From contig OY761158.1 in NCBI GenBank assembly GCA_963664405.1, forward strand, positions 1,280,001-1,344,000: a DNA stretch of 64,000 nucleotides, in the 5' to 3' direction. Numbering within the stretch: position 1 is the stretch's first letter; every line of letters starts with the position of its first letter. The notes below the pieces were generated by a model. It did no database searches. It was not told the DNA's origin and saw only the letters and a list, made by a program, of their open reading frames with translations. A program made the translations under genes and the position numbers. The stretch comes from Thermoanaerobaculia bacterium. GTDB lineage: Bacteria; Acidobacteriota; Thermoanaerobaculia; Multivoradales; Multivoraceae. This document shows, one piece after another, positions 60,443 to 64,000 of the stretch.

Positions 60443-61585
60443 CTATGGGGAGCGCCTCACCCGTTGACGATCGGGCTGGGCGAAAGCCACTGTCCAGGTC
60501 AGCGGCACCGACTTGGGCTGGAAGCACTTCTCGTCGTCGCAGGCCTGGTAGTCGAGCCGCGCTGTGAAGCTGAGCGCCTCGACTTTGCTCAACGCATCCT
60601 GGTCCGCCCGCGTCGCCTCCAGAACGACATCCTGTAGCAGCGTGAACGGCCGTTGGTAGGCGGGGACTCGTTCGTCCAGCGGGACGAAGTGGTAGATCTC
60701 GGATTCTGGGTATTCGAGCTCGGCGAACCGGTAGTGAGGGCCCTCCGCGAAGGTCAGACGCGTCACCTTGTAGCCGAAAGCCTCTGCACCTGGGGCGTAG
60801 AGGTGCATGCCGGGCTTGGGCTTGATCTCCAACGCGAGCGTGAAGAGATTGCCGACGGTGATCTCGGGATTGCTCTGAGTTGCACGGAAGGTCAGATGGC
60901 CGGTGTCACCCTCGACGCCAGCGACCGCTTCGGCTCCCGCCCCCATCCGCATCAGGATGCGCGACGTCGTCGTCCGTTCGCGGTAGAACTCCTCGAAGAA
61001 GCGAGCGGTCACCAAGCCCTTGGCATCGACCATGAACGTGCCGGGGTGAGGTGTACCGACCATTACCGGTAAGGCACCGGATTCCCTCACATAAGTCGAG
61101 GCGTCTCTACGCACCGCGGGATCGTCCTTGTTCGCGCCGAGCGCTTCGTCGGCGACCGTATTCAGGATGCCGAAGGCCTTGATTGCCGCCGAGTCCTGGT
61201 CGGAGAGGAGTGGAAAGGTGATGCCGTGACGCCGAGCGAAGGCGGCGAGCACCTCAACCGAGTCATAGCTGATCGCCGCCGCTCCCAGTCCTTCCGCTTC
61301 GAGCTCTTCGAGTTGATCCTGCAGCTCCACGAGCTGCGCCTTGCAATACGGTCACCAGTCGGCCGAACGATGAAATATCAGGATCGCCCCTTGGGGGCCC
61401 ACGATGTCTTCGAGCGTCCGATCGACGCCGTTCTGGTCCGGCAGGCGAAACTGGGGAACGGGCTCGCCCACCTGCGGGCCGAGAGCATCGACATCGATCG
61501 CTGGGCGAGGCGCCTGTGCCAAGGTGGCCACGCTCAGCAGAACCGGCACGAGTAGGGCGGCGGCTCGACTTACGGCTCTTCCCAT
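60443..61585 (-). CDS. Exported AhpC/TSA-type redoxin fused to a DsbD N-terminal-like domain, predicted selenoprotein (UGA at 61354-61352)
   Basis: The two track ORFs are in one frame joined by SADW-U-PYC; AISYD, FPLLSD, HPGTF; C-terminal YQACDDEKCFQP; 380 aa. Confidence 0.88.
61321..61337 (-). promoter_or_regulatory. Candidate SECIS hairpin
   Basis: GCAGCTC-GTG-GAGCTGC perfect stem, starting 15 nt after the UGA. Confidence 0.6.
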
Positions 61586-61883
61586 GGGCTTCGTTTTCTC
61601 GAGTGTGATTCAGCCGCATCGGCCGATAGAGACTGTACCAGAGCCTCTTGCCGCCGGCCGCCCAATGAGCACCGCCGCGGCTTGCTAGTACACGCGGCAA
61701 CAGATACGGCAACGTTTGGAGCAACTCTGCATCCTCTCCAGCGGCGTTGCGCTCCCTGCGACGTATTCCCAGATACGCCTCAGTCGCGCGCCTTGCTGGG
61801 CGAGGCGCACAGTCGCTCGAAACGTAACCGTATCTATTACCGCGTGTACTAGACTGGCGAGCCGCAGACCAAGGAGGCTCGAC

Positions 61884-62894
61884 ATGGCAGAATTCTGGCA
61901 GCTCACGTTCCCGACGCCTGGTAATAGCGAAAACGTAGCCCGCCGCGCCGAAGAGAGCGGCTGGGACGGGCAGTACTTTGCCGACACCCAGTGTCTTTCA
62001 GGCGACATCTACAGCGCGATGTGCCTGGCCGCGAGAGCGACCACACGCCTCAAGGTCGGCACCTCGGTGACCAACCCCGTCACCCGACACCCGGCAGTAA
62101 CGGCTTCGGCGATAGCGACCGTGCAGGTCGAATCGGGCGGTCGAGCGGTACTAGGAATCGGTCGCGGCGATTCCTCGCTGGGGTATTTGGGGCAGAAACC
62201 GGCATCGTGGAGAACCCTGGAGACCTACCTCGACCAGCTGCAACGCTATTTACGCGGCGACGCGGTCGATCTCGACGGATACGCCAGTCGCAACATGTGG
62301 ATCCAGTCGAGCGGCCAACCGAAGGTGCCCGTCGACGTGGCAGCGACCGGGCCTCGCGTGATCTCCCTCGGTGCCCGCCTGGCCGAGCGCGTGACCTTTG
62401 CGCTCGGCGCCGACGCGCCGAGAATCCGCGCCGCCATCGAAGCGGCCAGGTCCGCACGCGAGTCGGCAGGGCTCGATCCAGGCGACCTCTCTTTCGGTGC
62501 CTACGTCAACGTCGCTTGTCACGATGACGTTGCCCAGGGCCGACAGATCGTCAAGGGCGCGGTCGGCAGCTTCGCCCACTTCACCGGAATGTCCGACCTG
62601 AATTCACAGGGATTGGAGGACGCCGAGATCTTCCAGCACATCGGCGCAAACTACGACATGGCCAATCACGGGAGCGGCGCCGGCAGTCACATGAAGACTG
62701 TCCCGGACGACTTCATCAGCCGATTCGCCGTCGTCGGCCCTGCCTCCTACTGTGTCGACCGGCTCGGCGAGCTCCTTGCTCTCGGCCTCGATCGGCTTGT
62801 GCTCTTGACCGGATCGCGAGACGCCGATCCCGAGCAAATCGTCGCCAGCGTCGACCGGCTCGGCAGCGAGGTGCTGCCGCAGCTCCGGAAGTGA
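61884..62894 (+). CDS. LLM-class flavin-dependent oxidoreductase
   Basis: VTNPVTRHP, GIGRGDS, AATGPR; AGGAGG RBS. Confidence 0.92.
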   Translation: MAEFWQLTFPTPGNSENVARRAEESGWDGQYFADTQCLSGDIYSAMCLAARATTRLKVGTSVTNPVTRHPAVTASAIATVQVESGGRAVLGIGRGDSSLGYLGQKPASWRTLETYLDQLQRYLRGDAVDLDGYASRNMWIQSSGQPKVPVDVAATGPRVISLGARLAERVTFALGADAPRIRAAIEAARSARESAGLDPGDLSFGAYVNVACHDDVAQGRQIVKGAVGSFAHFTGMSDLNSQGLEDAEIFQHIGANYDMANHGSGAGSHMKTVPDDFISRFAVVGPASYCVDRLGELLALGLDRLVLLTGSRDADPEQIVASVDRLGSEVLPQLRK

Positions 62895-62943
62895 TAACTA
62901 TCACTTCCGGAGGCTGCCGAACATGGCGCCGCGGACGGCGCAC
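62887..62943 (+). repeat. Double-hairpin dispersed repeat, copy 3
   Basis: GGAAGTGAT-AACT-ATCACTTCC...GCGCCG-CGGA-CGGCGC; supplies the LLM gene stop codon. Confidence 0.8.
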
Positions 62944-63014
62944 TCAGGCCTTGCTAGTCGCTTCGGGAAACGTTGCGGGCTGATTCTCAGGATCGCGGGG
63001 TCCGCCAACACGAG

Positions 63015-64000
63015 TTACGGCTGTTCCATATGAGGATAGGCGTAGTCGGTGGGCGGGGCCAGGTTCTCCTTGATCGCCCGCGCCGAAGTCCAGCGTAGGA
63101 GATTCATCATCGAGCCGGCCTTGTCGTTGGTGCCCGACGCCCTGGCGCCGCCGAACGGCTGCTGACCGACCACCGCGCCGGTGGGCTTGTCGTTGATATA
63201 GAAGTTGCCCGCGGCGAAACGAAGGGCCTGCGACACCTGGGCGATCGCTTGTCGATCGTTGGCGAAAACCGCGCCGGTGAGGGCGTAGGGGCTGGTGCGA
63301 TTGCAGACTTCGAGAGTTTCCTCGAGCTCTTGGTCCGGATATACGAAGATCGTCAGCAAAGGACCGAAGATCTCATCTTGCATGAGACGGCTCTGCGGAT
63401 CTCGACTCTCGACCACCGTCGGCTCGATGAACCAGCCCACTTCCTCGTCGCAACCGCCGCCGCAAACGACCTCGTAGTCGGGCTCGCTCTTCGCCTCGTC
63501 GATGGCGGTAGAGATGGTGCGAAAGGACGCCTCGTCGATGACAGCAGCCAGGAAGTTACGGAAGTCCAGCGGTGAGCCCATCGCCAACTCGGCCACCTGC
63601 TCGCTGAGGAGGGCCCTGACCGCGGGCCACAGAGACGTAGGGATATAGGCGCGCGACGAAGCCGAGCACTTCTGGCCCTGATACTCGAAAGATCCACGGA
63701 CGAGGGCGGCGACCAGAGAAGGAACGTCCGCCGAAGGATGGGCGAAAACGAAGTCCTTGCCCCCGGTCTCCCCCACCACCCGAGGGTAGCCGCGGTAGTT
63801 GGCTACGTTTTCTCCGACGGTGCGCCAGAGGTGCTGAAAGGTGGGGGTGGAACCGGTGAAGTGAATGCCGGCCAGTTCAGGGCTGAGAGTGGCGGGCGTG
63901 CCGACATCGCCTCCGCTACCCGGCACGAAATTGACGACGCCGTCGGGAAGGCCCGCTTCCTGCAGAACCTTCATCAGGTAGTAGTTCGACAGCACGCTGG
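63015..64000 (-). CDS. pruA: 1-pyrroline-5-carboxylate (L-glutamate gamma-semialdehyde) dehydrogenase, 5' end outside window
   Basis: FTGST, GETGGK, EYQGQKCSA, NDKPTGAVVGQQPFGG. Confidence 0.95.
   Translation of the reverse strand, partial: SVLSNYYLMKVLQEAGLPDGVVNFVPGSGGDVGTPATLSPELAGIHFTGSTPTFQHLWRTVGENVANYRGYPRVVGETGGKDFVFAHPSADVPSLVAALVRGSFEYQGQKCSASSRAYIPTSLWPAVRALLSEQVAELAMGSPLDFRNFLAAVIDEASFRTISTAIDEAKSEPDYEVVCGGGCDEEVGWFIEPTVVESRDPQSRLMQDEIFGPLLTIFVYPDQELEETLEVCNRTSPYALTGAVFANDRQAIAQVSQALRFAAGNFYINDKPTGAVVGQQPFGGARASGTNDKAGSMMNLLRWTSARAIKENLAPPTDYAYPHMEQP

Overview
A GC-rich bacterial window. The host is probably an Acidobacteriota (Thermoanaerobaculia-like) organism; this is inferred from a duplicated C-terminal domain at 15.3-16.1 kb and the gene content. 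The first ~14.7 kb is a decaying mobile region. It holds a truncated Tn3-family transposon, a mosaic of cargo genes and fragments, and a phage-satellite/PICI-like element (integrase, Xis/AlpA, primase, DUF3987 protein, cos-like region, terS, terL fragment) interrupted by an intact ISAzo13-family IS. The remainder is catabolic and envelope genes: six intact sulfatases (four in tandem) plus one partial copy, DUF1501/PSD1 and DUF1800/DUF1501 pairs, LarA, a MetE-like gene split by a ~478-bp MITE, an ABC-ATPase/TOPRIM pair, CstA, a fused acyl-CoA carboxylase, VapBC, mmsA, a double CoA-transferase, two LLM oxidoreductases and pruA. Signals the ORF track misses: (i) two exported selenoprotein candidates, a rhodanese lipoprotein and a UxxC redoxin-DsbD(N) fusion, each with a GUG-containing hairpin loop 22-23 nt after the in-frame UGA; (ii) a perfect 36-bp inverted iteron array written into coding sequence on both sides of the DUF3987 gene; (iii) a three-copy double-hairpin intergenic element with compensatory base changes. 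Several one-base frameshifts sit in homopolymers and may be sequencing errors.
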